From contig NZ_CP027846.1 in the NCBI RefSeq assembly GCF_003019255.1, forward strand, positions 2,402,965 through 2,442,964: a DNA stretch of 40,000 nucleotides, written 5' to 3'. The position numbers and the translations under genes are program-made. Below the pieces are notes generated by a model. It had not been told where the DNA came from, did not search any database, and was given only the letters and a program-made list of their open reading frames with translations. The DNA is from Staphylococcus kloosii. Its GTDB lineage: Bacteria; Bacillota; Bacilli; Staphylococcales; Staphylococcaceae. Positions 1 through 9,174 of this stretch are shown one piece after another. Positions within the stretch are counted from its first letter, which is position 1, and every line of letters starts with the position of its first letter.

Positions 1-123
1 TATACATCATTTTCATTTTATTTATTTTATGGCAAAAGATATTTAAAAATTAAAATGATTATTTAATTTACTTTAGTGGTATATATAAATAATAATTAAG
101 TTACAAAAAGGAGGCCGATTTTT

Positions 124-375
124 ATGGGCTTTATACTCATGTTAATCGTCGGCGGTTTAATAGGTTGGATCGCTGGTGGCATTTTAGGTAAAGATATTCC
201 TGGAGGTATTCTTGGTAATATAATCGCTGGTATTGTAGGTTCAGCTTTAGGTTCTTGGTTACTAGGTGATTGGGGCTGGCATTTAGGTGGCATCGCTGTC
301 TTCCCAGCATTGATTGGTACAATCATACTAGTAGCTGTTGTGTCATTTGTAATTGGTAAATTACGTAAAAAATAA
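124..375 (+). CDS. GlsB/YeaQ/YmgE-family (transglycosylase-associated) small stress membrane protein
   Basis: 83 aa, glycine-rich with GGxxG/GxxxG TM segments typical of the family. AAAGGAGG lies 8 nt upstream of the ATG, and a strong terminator follows. Confidence 0.85.
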   Translation: MGFILMLIVGGLIGWIAGGILGKDIPGGILGNIIAGIVGSALGSWLLGDWGWHLGGIAVFPALIGTIILVAVVSFVIGKLRKK

Positions 376-420
376 CACATGCATAAATAAGAGTTCGAGA
401 CATAATTCTTAACTCGAATT

Positions 421-476
421 AAATAACACCTCATTCTACTGATTTATTCAGTAAAAATGAGGTGTTATTTTTTATA
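421..476 (+). terminator. Rho-independent terminator of the glsB-like gene
   Basis: AAATAACACCTCAT (421-434) pairs perfectly with ATGAGGTGTTATTT (457-470), followed by a T-run. The loop holds a nested TACTGA/TCAGTA stem. Confidence 0.9.
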
Positions 477-562
477 ATCTACGATTTTATTCGTGCATGC
501 TTGCCTTGATTTAGGATAGTATGGCTCGAGTCTGTAGTCTCTCACTCATACGATTCCCTTAG

Positions 563-1346
563 GCGTCAACACTTTACAAAATCGCTACAAATTCACAGTT
601 CTTTTTATCATATGATATTTTTCCGAATCCCACAGATACTAGAATTTTAATCCCATTTTTAAATAACATCAAAAATAACTATTTTGATTTACCTGAGTAC
701 ATTGTTGCAGATGCTGGTTATGGTAGTGAACAAAACTATAAAAATGTATTAGATTTGTTTAATCGAACACCACTCATAACATATAGTATGTATTTAAAAG
801 AACAAACGAAGCAATATAAAGAAAATGCATTTAACACTCAAAATTGGACTTACGATGAAATCAAAGATGAGTTCATATGTCCTGACAATCGTAGATTGCC
901 ATTTAAGAGATATGCTTACCGAATTAATAAGTATAATTACCAACGTGATTTTAAATTATATGAATGTAAAAACTGTAGTAATTGTGACTTATTTAACTTA
1001 TGTCGAAAAAATGCATATCAAACTACAAATTAAAAAATTATGAAAAAATAATATGTGGGAATACTTCAAATATGACTCAAAAGTTGCTTTCAAATCCTGA
1101 AACTGAAAAAATCCACAAAGAAAGATAGATGTAGAACCCGTTTTCGGATATTTGAAGACTATTTTGGGTTTCACTCGTATGTAATTACGGGGGGACTCCA
1201 AAGTAAAACGCGAACTTGGAATTGCCTTAATGTCAACAAATATAAGAAAAATGGTAGCTCTAAGAGCTACTAAAAATACTTTGAAAATGAAATACAGTGG
1301 AAATTCAATTTTACTAATGAATTTCCACTGTATTTTTACTTTCTAG
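563..1346 (+). mobile_element. IS1182-family (IS1272-like) transposase remnant, 5'-truncated and disrupted (pseudogene)
   Basis: Frame 2 from 563 reads ...YKIATNSQFFLSYDIFPNPTDTRILIPF...EYIVADAGYGSEQNY...CKNCSNCDLFNLC. There is a premature TAA at 1031 and a frame change near 1120 (..RKIDVEPVFGYLKTILGFTRM*), followed by a further stop. The N-terminal roughly half is absent. The element ends in an 18-bp perfect hairpin at 1290-1335. Confidence 0.8.
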
Positions 1347-1417
1347 AATATTTCTGTCCCGGACTCATTATTTAAAATCTTATACTTATATCAGACATGA
1401 CTAGTGATAACCTATAG

Positions 1418-2452
1418 TCATTTATTATCAATAGTCGCCTTATTTGATTGACGTCTTGCAGTTTCTTCAAGGTCTTGTGTATAACCCGCATCCATTTGTG
1501 CGTCATCTTTAGACTTATCAGTAATATTCGTTGCTAATACGATATATTTAGGTCTTCGTTTTACTTCGTAATAAATTCGGCCAATATATTCTCCGATGAT
1601 TCCGATAGAAATGAGTTGAATACCACCAAGCAGTAGAATGGCAGCAATAGTTGAGAAATAACCCGGCGTATCTATACCATCAATTAAAATACCGCAAAAA
1701 ATGTATATAATATATAACAAACTAATAAGAGAAACAAACAAACCTAAATATATTACTGCTCTTAACGGTTTATTGTTAAAAGAAATAAGTCCATCAATTG
1801 CATAATTTAATAAATTGCCAAATGACCATTTGGATTCGCCTTCTTCTCGTTCAACATTTTCATAGGTGAAGACTTTTGTATTATAACCAATCCATTCATA
1901 TAATCCTTTGGAAAATCGATTATATTCCTCTAATGAAGCAATAGATTTTACCGCCCTATTACTTAACAATCTGAAATCACCGACACCATCTTCGAGATTA
2001 ATATCTACAAAATAATTAATTAATTTATAGTAACTACGTGTCAGTAATTTTCTTGGTTTTTTCTCACCTTCACGATTACGTTTAGCAATGACTTGATCAT
2101 AGCCATCCAAATAACCTTCTATCATTTGAGGTATGAATTCAGGAGGATGTTGTAAATCCGCATCTATCATAATTACAGCATCACAGTCAGTACTATATTG
2201 ATAACCTGCAAGCATGGCAGACTCTTTACCAAAATTCCTACTAAATGAAATAAACTTAATGTGTTGGTCTTTATTGGCAATATCTTGAATATAATTTACA
2301 GTAGAATCTTTACTACCATCATCGACAAACAGTAATTCATAGTTATATTGTCGTCGTTCACTATCTTGCGCTAACACTTCAGTTAATCGCTCATAGGTTT
2401 TTACAATGTTTTCACCTTCATTATAACAAGGTACAATGACCCTTACGTTCAT
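1418..2452 (-). CDS. Family-2 glycosyltransferase, CsbB/GtrB-like polyprenol-phosphate sugar transferase with two C-terminal TM helices
   Basis: 344 aa. It has the N-terminal IVPCYNE...DDGSKD...DADLQHP GT2 signature and a C-terminal pair of hydrophobic helices. GAGGGTGG RBS. Confidence 0.85.
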   Translation of the reverse strand: MNVRVIVPCYNEGENIVKTYERLTEVLAQDSERRQYNYELLFVDDGSKDSTVNYIQDIANKDQHIKFISFSRNFGKESAMLAGYQYSTDCDAVIMIDADLQHPPEFIPQMIEGYLDGYDQVIAKRNREGEKKPRKLLTRSYYKLINYFVDINLEDGVGDFRLLSNRAVKSIASLEEYNRFSKGLYEWIGYNTKVFTYENVEREEGESKWSFGNLLNYAIDGLISFNNKPLRAVIYLGLFVSLISLLYIIYIFCGILIDGIDTPGYFSTIAAILLLGGIQLISIGIIGEYIGRIYYEVKRRPKYIVLATNITDKSKDDAQMDAGYTQDLEETARRQSNKATIDNK

Positions 2453-2684
2453 ACATTTGCCACCCTCATTCTCTATTTTTACTTACATTTCCAATCCCTA
2501 TACCATAGTTATAATAAGCCTATTTACACTAACTTCAAAGTTGTGTTCGCCTGTTCTAAAAGTAAAATTGATACTTATAATTTTTTCAAAAGTATATTTA
2601 TTTTAGCAAATTAAGTCTTATAGCTAAATTAAATCATTCTAGTACCTTTGTTTTATTTCTCAATATTTTGCTTCAGTTATGCAG

Positions 2685-3524
2685 TTATTTTAACGTGCCG
2701 ATACGTACATCATTAGGATTCTTACCTTGGCGTTGATTTTTATTTAAACTATCAATTTCTGCGATATCTGTCAGTTCTAAATTAAAGTCTAAAATATTAT
2801 AATTTTCTTTAATACGTGCTGGGGTTTTTGATTTTGGTATCACCAATCTATTATGTGCTAAATGCCATCTAAGTACTATTTGAGCGGGTGTCTTATCATA
2901 TGATTTAGCAATATCCACAATTATCGGATGATCTAATAAGCCTTTATTTCTCATTAGCGGCATCCAAGCTGTTACTGCAATATCCTTTTCATCACAATAT
3001 GCTTGTAACTCATGTTGATTGAAATAAGGGTGTACTTCGATTTGATTGACTGCTGGCGTAACTTTAGTTTCTTTCATTAAAGTTTCTAAATGATGCTGTT
3101 CGAAATTACATACACCAATGGCTTTTATTTTTCCTTCTTCATATAACTCTTCCATTACTTTGTAACTTTCAATAAATAGTCCATCTTCTTCACATGGCCA
3201 ATGTATTAAATATAAATCTAAATAATCTGTTCCTAAATTTTTTAAAGTTTTATTAAAGTATTCTTTTGTACTATCGTAACCTTGATAATCATTCCATAAT
3301 TTAGAAGTTATAAATAAGTCTTCTCTATCGATATCAGTACTACGTAAAGCTTGTCCTAAAGCTTGTTCATTACCATAAAAGTATGCTGTATCAAAAGCAC
3401 GATAACCAGCTTCTAATGCACTATGGACAGCTACCTCCATCTCCTCATCGGTAATTTTATATACACCTAAACCAATTTTAGGCATAGGGTAACCGTTGTT
3501 TAAATAATATGTGTCATTGCCCAT
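2685..3524 (-). CDS. Aldo/keto reductase (YtbE/YvgN, 2,5-diketogluconate/glyoxal reductase-like)
   Basis: AKR motifs are present (GLGVYK, FDTAYFYGNE, LDLYLIHWP, IPKS). The start was moved to the ATG at 3524, which has GAGAGGAG 7 nt upstream. The upstream ATG at 3545 has no RBS. Confidence 0.9.
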   Translation of the reverse strand: MGNDTYYLNNGYPMPKIGLGVYKITDEEMEVAVHSALEAGYRAFDTAYFYGNEQALGQALRSTDIDREDLFITSKLWNDYQGYDSTKEYFNKTLKNLGTDYLDLYLIHWPCEEDGLFIESYKVMEELYEEGKIKAIGVCNFEQHHLETLMKETKVTPAVNQIEVHPYFNQHELQAYCDEKDIAVTAWMPLMRNKGLLDHPIIVDIAKSYDKTPAQIVLRWHLAHNRLVIPKSKTPARIKENYNILDFNLELTDIAEIDSLNKNQRQGKNPNDVRIGTLK

Positions 3525-3697
3525 AGCTATTCTCCTCTCAATCAATAAAAATATTAAATTAATACATTTACTATATTTCCAGTTTTTATAAATTTAATCA
3601 TTACGATTTCACTACAATAATTATTTTTAAGTAAAAATATAATACTACTTTTTATTGTGTATTATTTATTCCACTATATATATCACACTAAATGTCT

Positions 3698-3745
3698 AAA
3701 AATAAAAAAGCACGATAAATCCCTTTAGACAAGATTTATCATGCT
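3698..3745 (-). terminator. Rho-independent terminator after the CNNM/mpfA-like gene
   Basis: A 13-bp stem (3709-3721 with 3733-3745) is followed on the minus strand by a long U-run (plus-strand A-run 3698-3709). Confidence 0.85.
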
Positions 3746-3752
3746 TCGTATG

Positions 3753-5102
3753 TTAGTCTGCGTCTGAATCTTCTTCATCATCAGTGTCAGCTATGCGTTC
3801 TTTATTATATTCAATCTTCAATATTACTGAGATAATCTGATGATTTTCAATTTCTGAAATAATCCAACGATCGAATTCGGTATCGACATAATCCTTTTGT
3901 TGTAAATTAGTGTTATGTGCTTGTAACCAACCACCAATTGTATCTATATCTTCAGAATCTTTAAATTCAATGTCGAATTGTTCATTTAAATCATCTAACA
4001 ACACTCGACCATTTATTTGATATGTTTTATCGTCTTTTTTAACGATATCGTTTACTTCGTCGTCGTCAAATTCGTCACGTATTTCTCCAACAATCTCTTC
4101 TAAGATATCTTCCATCGTTAGAATACCTGCCGTACCGCCATATTCATCTATAATTAAACTAATATGAACATGTTCACGTTGCATTCTAACTAAAGCATCA
4201 CTGATACGTGTTGTTTCTGAAATCATCGGTAATTCATGTACAAAGTTGCTTATTTTAATAGGTTGGCCTGAGGCGTACTCAGTTAAAAACTCTTTCACAT
4301 TTATGAAACCTTTGACATGGTCTTTATCCCCGTCTTCGGTAATCGGATAACGTGTGAACTGATGCTCTTTTATCGTCTCTAATAATTCATCCACATTGAA
4401 TGGCTCATTCATAGTTATCATTTGAGTTCTAGGGACCATAATATCTTTCGCATGGCGTTCATCAAATGAAAATATATTTTGCATATAAGCCAATTCTGTT
4501 TGGTTTATTTCTCCACCGTTATAACTATTGTTAATAATAATTTTAATTTCTTCTTCTGACATTGCGTCATTGTTTGCATCAGGATTCACACCAAACATGC
4601 GTATTATCACACGTGCAGAACCATTCATTAACCAAATTAATGGCTTCATAACGATACCAAAATAATAAAGCGGTCTTGAATAGATAAGTGCTAATTTTTC
4701 AGTGTATTGAATCGCTAATGTTTTAGGTGCTAATTCACCTAATACAACGTGCAAATACGTTACAACAATGAATGCGATAATAAATGAAATTGTCGTAGTT
4801 AGGGGCTCAGGCAAATGTAATAATTCAAACAATGGATGTAATAATTTATCAAAAGTTGGTTCCCCTAACCAACCTAATCCAAGTGATGTTACTGTGATAC
4901 CAAGTTGACAAGCAGATAAGTAATAATCTAAATTACTAATCATTTTTTTCACAACTTTAGCATTACCATTACCTTCTGCTGCTAATTGTTCAATTTTTGT
5001 TGCTCTTACTTTAACTAACGCAAATTCCGAACCTACGAATACAGTGGTCAATGCAATTAAAAGAAAAAATATTACTAAGTTTAATATGGGTACTGTTTCC
5101 AA
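3753..5102 (-). CDS. mpfA: CNNM/CorC-family transporter (DUF21 + CBS pair + CorC_HlyC), MpfA-like Mg2+ efflux/tolerance protein
   Basis: 449 aa with an N-terminal 4-TM DUF21, a central CBS pair and a C-terminal CorC/HlyC domain. Its position relative to fruA, the AKR and the GT2 gene matches S. aureus mpfA (from memory). The only possible start is TTG at 5102, because three in-frame stops lie just upstream. Confidence 0.8.
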   Translation of the reverse strand: METVPILNLVIFFLLIALTTVFVGSEFALVKVRATKIEQLAAEGNGNAKVVKKMISNLDYYLSACQLGITVTSLGLGWLGEPTFDKLLHPLFELLHLPEPLTTTISFIIAFIVVTYLHVVLGELAPKTLAIQYTEKLALIYSRPLYYFGIVMKPLIWLMNGSARVIIRMFGVNPDANNDAMSEEEIKIIINNSYNGGEINQTELAYMQNIFSFDERHAKDIMVPRTQMITMNEPFNVDELLETIKEHQFTRYPITEDGDKDHVKGFINVKEFLTEYASGQPIKISNFVHELPMISETTRISDALVRMQREHVHISLIIDEYGGTAGILTMEDILEEIVGEIRDEFDDDEVNDIVKKDDKTYQINGRVLLDDLNEQFDIEFKDSEDIDTIGGWLQAHNTNLQQKDYVDTEFDRWIISEIENHQIISVILKIEYNKERIADTDDEEDSDAD

Positions 5103-5107
5103 TTAAC

Positions 5108-5123
5108 TCCCTATTACTAGGGA
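5108..5123 (-). promoter_or_regulatory. SD-sequestering hairpin in the mpfA leader
   Basis: The minus strand reads UCCCUA-GUAA-UAGGGA, a 6-bp stem with a GNRA-type loop. The 3' arm plus the next G is the only SD (UAGGGAG), just 4 nt from the TTG start. Confidence 0.45.
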
Positions 5124-5199
5124 TTCACCTCCAAATTTTTACGTGTCACAATAGGTGACCGTCTTTGTTTTAAATTTTGATAATTACTAATAATAAAGA

Positions 5200-5227
5200 C
5201 TAAATCCTTCCCATTGTAACACCTCCC
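5200..5227 (-). other. Leader mini-ORF (ATG GGA AGG ATT TAG = MGRI*) with a strong SD
   Basis: GGGAGGTG (5220-5227) lies 5 nt upstream of the ATG at 5214, and the stop is at 5200-5202. It sits about 100 nt upstream of the mpfA start. Confidence 0.3.
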
Positions 5228-5413
5228 AAAAAATTGACGTATGAATTACATTTTATCATATCATAACTGTAAGTTGTAACATTGCGTATTAATTTAATAA
5301 CAATATTTATCACTAATTAAACTCATATAATAATTACTATTATTAGCAATCTTTATACACTTGTATATAATTTGAGTTCAACAAAATATATTAATATTTT
5401 TCAAATAATTATA

Positions 5414-5457
5414 CAACAAAAACGTTACCACCTAATCTACTTTAAGTGATAACGTTT
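5414..5457 (-). terminator. Rho-independent terminator of the fru operon
   Basis: The 5421-5432 arm pairs with 5447-5457 (one wobble/mismatch). On the minus strand this is followed by UUUUGUUG. Confidence 0.8.
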
Positions 5458-5478
5458 TGATTATTTTTAATTTTTTTA

Positions 5479-7428
5479 TTATTCGTTCATAGCTTCTGAA
5501 GCTTCTGCTTCTACTTGTGTAACTTTCGGTTTTAATAAACCATAGATAATCGCTGCCACAACTGCACCTATTATTATCGCAATTAATGATTGCAATGCAT
5601 GTGTGATATCAGTTGCAAAGATAACGATAATACCACCATGTGGCGCTTGTATTGCTGAACCTAATCCTAATGCGATAGCTCCTGCTACACCTGATCCAAC
5701 CATCATTGATGGAATAACACGTAATGGGTCGGCAGCCGCAAATGGTATTGCACCTTCAGTTATAAAGGAGAATCCCATTACAAAGTTAGGAATAATTGAC
5801 CCTTTTTGTTCTTTGGTAAATTTCTTACGGAAAATCAACATAGCAATTGAGATTGCGATTGGAGGCACCATACCACCTATCATTGCTGCAGTAATTGGCG
5901 CGCTATTTCCTTCAGTCAACGCTGCAGTCGCAAATACATATGCTGCTTTATTGAAAGGACCACCCATATCAATAGCCATCATTGCACCAATGACTAAACC
6001 AAGCAACACAATATTGGCACCTGATAGACCATTTAGACCATTTAATAATAAGTTATTTAACCATGAAGCAGGCGGATTAATAACGTATACCATTAATAGT
6101 CCAGTTATCGTAACTGACAATACCGGATAAATTAAAGTTGGTTTTAAACCTTCTAAAGATTGAGGTAAACCATTAACTAAACGTTTAACGCCTTGAGTTA
6201 AGTAACCTGCTAAGAAACCTGCTAAAATACCACCAATAAACCCTGCGTCACCTGAAACAGCTAACATACCACCTACTAAACCAGCAGCGAAACCTGGTTT
6301 ATCCGCAATACTTCTAGCAATGTAACCAGCTAAAATTGGAATAATTAATGCAAAGGCACTATTTTTACCAATATTCCACAGTTGTTCGGCGAATGCATTA
6401 TGTTCAGAACTTTTCGGATCGAATGAATTGGCACCAAATAAAAAGACGATTGCCATCAAGATACCACCAGAAATAACTAACGGTAACATATTCGATACAC
6501 CATTCATAAGGTGTTTATAAATGGTTTTCCCTATACCTTTGCTATTGTCTTCAGCCGCTTGATTACGTTTACCACCAGACGCAACAAATGGTTTTCTAGA
6601 TGTATCTTGAGCTAAATTAATCAACGTTTCTGGTCGTTTTATACCATCTGCAACAGGTACTTCTACTACATTTTTACCATCAAAACGGTCTGTTTCAACA
6701 TGCACATCCGCCGCAACGATAATACCAGTAGCTTTAGCGATATCTTCATCAGTCAGTGCGTTTTTCACACCACCCGAACCGTTTGTCTCTACTTTTATTT
6801 GTACACCCATTTGTTTAGCTTGTTTTTTCAATGAATCTCTTGCCATGTAAGTATGCGCAATACCAGTTGGACAAGCAGTTACAGCTAATATATATGGTTC
6901 ATCTTTTGCTTCATCATCAGTTGATGTAGTTGTAGCAACACTTTGTTGCTCAGCATTTTCTTCTTCAGTTGCTTCATCATCTGCACGGTCAATAATTTGC
7001 AGTACTTCTTCAGGTGATTGAGCCGCTAATAAATCTGCTCTAACTTTGTCATCCATCAATATACCTGATAACTTAGCTAAGGCGTCGAGATGCGTTTGTG
7101 CGCCTCCTTCGGGAGCTGCAATCATAAAGAATAAATGGGCAGGTTGCATATCAAGACTTTGATAATCAACACCACTTTGCGATTTACCAAAGGCGATAGC
7201 TGGTTTATTTACAGCCGCAACCTTAGCATGAGGTATAGCTATACCTTCACCAATACCAGTAGTACTTTGTGATTCACGATTAAATATTGCTGATTTAAAT
7301 GATTCAACATCATTTAAAATTCCCGCTTCATCGAGTTGAGTTACAAGCTCGTCTATGACTCCATTTTTCTCCGTGGCATTTAAATCCATTGCTATCGTAT
7401 CTTTTGTTAATAATTCAGTTATTCTCAT
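5479..7428 (-). CDS. fruA: PTS fructose-specific transporter subunit IIABC
   Basis: It has an N-terminal IIA (GIAIPHAK), a IIB (AVTACPTGIAHTYMA) and a long IIC membrane domain. The start was moved to the ATG at 7428 (MRITELLTKD), which has a GGGAG RBS and lies 1 nt after the fruK stop. Confidence 0.95.
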   Translation of the reverse strand: MRITELLTKDTIAMDLNATEKNGVIDELVTQLDEAGILNDVESFKSAIFNRESQSTTGIGEGIAIPHAKVAAVNKPAIAFGKSQSGVDYQSLDMQPAHLFFMIAAPEGGAQTHLDALAKLSGILMDDKVRADLLAAQSPEEVLQIIDRADDEATEEENAEQQSVATTTSTDDEAKDEPYILAVTACPTGIAHTYMARDSLKKQAKQMGVQIKVETNGSGGVKNALTDEDIAKATGIIVAADVHVETDRFDGKNVVEVPVADGIKRPETLINLAQDTSRKPFVASGGKRNQAAEDNSKGIGKTIYKHLMNGVSNMLPLVISGGILMAIVFLFGANSFDPKSSEHNAFAEQLWNIGKNSAFALIIPILAGYIARSIADKPGFAAGLVGGMLAVSGDAGFIGGILAGFLAGYLTQGVKRLVNGLPQSLEGLKPTLIYPVLSVTITGLLMVYVINPPASWLNNLLLNGLNGLSGANIVLLGLVIGAMMAIDMGGPFNKAAYVFATAALTEGNSAPITAAMIGGMVPPIAISIAMLIFRKKFTKEQKGSIIPNFVMGFSFITEGAIPFAAADPLRVIPSMMVGSGVAGAIALGLGSAIQAPHGGIIVIFATDITHALQSLIAIIIGAVVAAIIYGLLKPKVTQVEAEASEAMNE

Positions 7429-7429
7429 C

Positions 7430-8353
7430 TTAATCACTCCCATCAAGTTTGTGAATTTCAACTTGTGATTCTATATTTTTTATTGCTTCACCTTGTGCTA
7501 AGTCATCATTAAAGGCTGTTGCTGTCCCTGCAGCAACTGCTAATTTAAATGCAGATGATACTGAGTAACCACTCGTTAAACCAGCAACCATTCCTGCTAC
7601 TGTACTATCACCCGATCCAACAGTATTTATTACTTTACCTTTAGGAACTGTGGCTTTGAAGCTTTGTTGATGGTCAACGTAAATTGCTCCTTCTCCCCCA
7701 AGCGACACAATCACTGATTTTGCACCTTGTGCTAATATTTCACGGCCATACTTAACCACTTCCGTGTCACTGTTAATCGTGACATCAAACATAACCTCTA
7801 ATTCGTCTTTATTAGGTTTAATAAATAACGGACCATACGGTAGTACACTTTCAACTAAATGTTTCTCAGCATCTACTACTAATTGAGCACCTGTCGATTT
7901 AGTAATAGCTGCTATTTTTTCATAAACATCATTTCCTATACTTTTCGGTACACTACCAGCCACGATAACGATATCGTCAGCCGCAGTATTTTTAATCTTT
8001 TCAAGTAATGTATTTAATTGTTCCTCAGTAATTTGAGGACCCGGTGCATTGATTTCTGTCTCATTGTCAGTTTTTAATTTCACATTGATACGCGTGTCTT
8101 CATCCACTGTGACGAAATCTGTAGCAATGTTGCTGTTTAATAATGTATCTTTAATAAAGTTTCCTGGAAAGCCACCTACAAACCCTAAAGCGGTTGATGC
8201 AACATTTAATGTTTGCAGTACTCTTGAGACATTAATGCCTTTCCCCCCAGCAAATTTATGCGTTGATGAAGCACGATTTAAACCATCAATTTGGAAGTCT
8301 TTCGAAACCATAATATAATCTATTGATGGGTTAAAAGTTACTGTATAAATCAT
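7430..8353 (-). CDS. fruK: 1-phosphofructokinase (PfkB family)
   Basis: 307 aa with MIYTVTFNPSIDY at the N-terminus and the GAGD-type motif VGSGDSTVAG. AGGAGG RBS. Its ATGA start overlaps the fruR stop. Confidence 0.95.
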   Translation of the reverse strand: MIYTVTFNPSIDYIMVSKDFQIDGLNRASSTHKFAGGKGINVSRVLQTLNVASTALGFVGGFPGNFIKDTLLNSNIATDFVTVDEDTRINVKLKTDNETEINAPGPQITEEQLNTLLEKIKNTAADDIVIVAGSVPKSIGNDVYEKIAAITKSTGAQLVVDAEKHLVESVLPYGPLFIKPNKDELEVMFDVTINSDTEVVKYGREILAQGAKSVIVSLGGEGAIYVDHQQSFKATVPKGKVINTVGSGDSTVAGMVAGLTSGYSVSSAFKLAVAAGTATAFNDDLAQGEAIKNIESQVEIHKLDGSD

Positions 8354-9108
8354 CGTTTTCCTCCTAATATGTCGTAATGGCGACTAAATAAATCATAATT
8401 TTCAATTTCTTTAATTTGTTCTGAAGTGATTATTGATACATCTTGATCAATAGGTACATTGGTGAAAAAGACTTTATTAAATTTAGAGCTGTCAGCAACA
8501 ACAAATTTATTTAACGCTTGTTTCAAGGCATATTTTTTAACAAAAGCTTCTTGATCATCTGGTGTAGTTAAGCCATAGTTTATATCTATACCATTAATAC
8601 CTATAAATGCTTTATCAAATCGGTATCGGCCCAGCGTTTCGATAGCACTAGGTCCGACAGTAGCAAACGTATTGGATTTAACTTGACCACCAATCGTTAT
8701 CGTTTTGATACCATTTTTGATTAATTCTTCAACGTGGGTGAGACCATTGGTTACGACTGTAATGTTATTGCTAGTAATAAAAGGAATCATTTCTAGCGTA
8801 GACGAACCTGCATCTAAAAATACACAATCGTTATCTTCGATTAATTCTGAAGCTATTCGACCTATATCTTTCTTTTCATGAAGATTTTGGCTACGTTTAT
8901 CAATAAGATTAGGTTCTATGACAACTGACTGGTTTAATGTAGCACCACCATGCAGGCGCGTTAACTTCCCTAGTTGTTGCAGCTTAGATAAATCTCTACG
9001 TATAGTAGATGCACTACAGCCTATATTGTCGATTAATTCTTGTAATGATAAGAAATCTTTTTTTGAAAGTTCATTCAAAATCAATTCATGACGTTTTTCA
9101 GTAATCAT
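8350..9108 (-). CDS. fruR: DeoR-family transcriptional repressor of the fructose operon
   Basis: 252 aa with an N-terminal DeoR HTH (LSLQELIDNIGCSASTIRRDL) and a DeoR C-terminal sensor domain. It is the first gene of fruR-fruK-fruA. Confidence 0.9.
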   Translation of the reverse strand: MITEKRHELILNELSKKDFLSLQELIDNIGCSASTIRRDLSKLQQLGKLTRLHGGATLNQSVVIEPNLIDKRSQNLHEKKDIGRIASELIEDNDCVFLDAGSSTLEMIPFITSNNITVVTNGLTHVEELIKNGIKTITIGGQVKSNTFATVGPSAIETLGRYRFDKAFIGINGIDINYGLTTPDDQEAFVKKYALKQALNKFVVADSSKFNKVFFTNVPIDQDVSIITSEQIKEIENYDLFSRHYDILGGKR

Positions 9109-9130
9109 CTTCCCACCTCATCTCACGACT

Positions 9131-9159
9131 AGTATAATGTATACGTTTTCTTAAATCAA
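9131..9159 (-). promoter_or_regulatory. SigA-type promoter of fruRKA
   Basis: On the minus strand: TTGATT (9159-9154), a 17-nt spacer, then TATACT (9136-9131). This is about 25 nt upstream of the fruR ATG. Confidence 0.6.
9138..9151. promoter_or_regulatory. cre-like (CcpA) site inside the fru promoter spacer
   Basis: TGTATACGTTTTCT matches the cre consensus TGWAANCGNTNWCA at all but 2 positions, with the central CG conserved. Confidence 0.4.
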
Positions 9160-9174
9160 TCATTTTTTATCAAT

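Noticed and set aside
57-82. Possible SigB promoter for the glsB-like gene (GATTAT-N14-TGGTAT), and a similar weak GTTATA-N14-GGGTAA at 13194-13219 upstream of the DUF296 gene
   Set aside because: Only 4/6 match in the -35-like hexamer in both cases, and the -10 for glsB is imperfect. This is indistinguishable from chance in AT-rich DNA without transcript data.
96-434. 112-aa and 61-aa minus-strand ORFs overlapping the glsB-like gene
   Set aside because: They are antisense shadows of a Gly/Ile-rich membrane gene. They have no RBS and run through the glsB terminator hairpin.
5179-5197. Fur-box-like GATAATTACTAATAATAAA in the mpfA leader
   Set aside because: Only about 11/19 positions match GATAATGATAATCATTATC, which is expected by composition alone.
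5603-6130. 175-aa plus-strand ORF inside fruA, and similar antisense ORFs at 8049-8318, 10614-10826, 11045-11320, 17444-17704, 18899-19399, 22104-22334, 23587-23790, 26338-26601, 28718-29038, 29177-29491, 30022-30573, 31470-31655, 34629-34883 and 36798-36995
   Set aside because: All lie entirely within or opposite well-supported genes, lack SD sequences and have low-complexity translations typical of shadow ORFs in AT-rich genomes.
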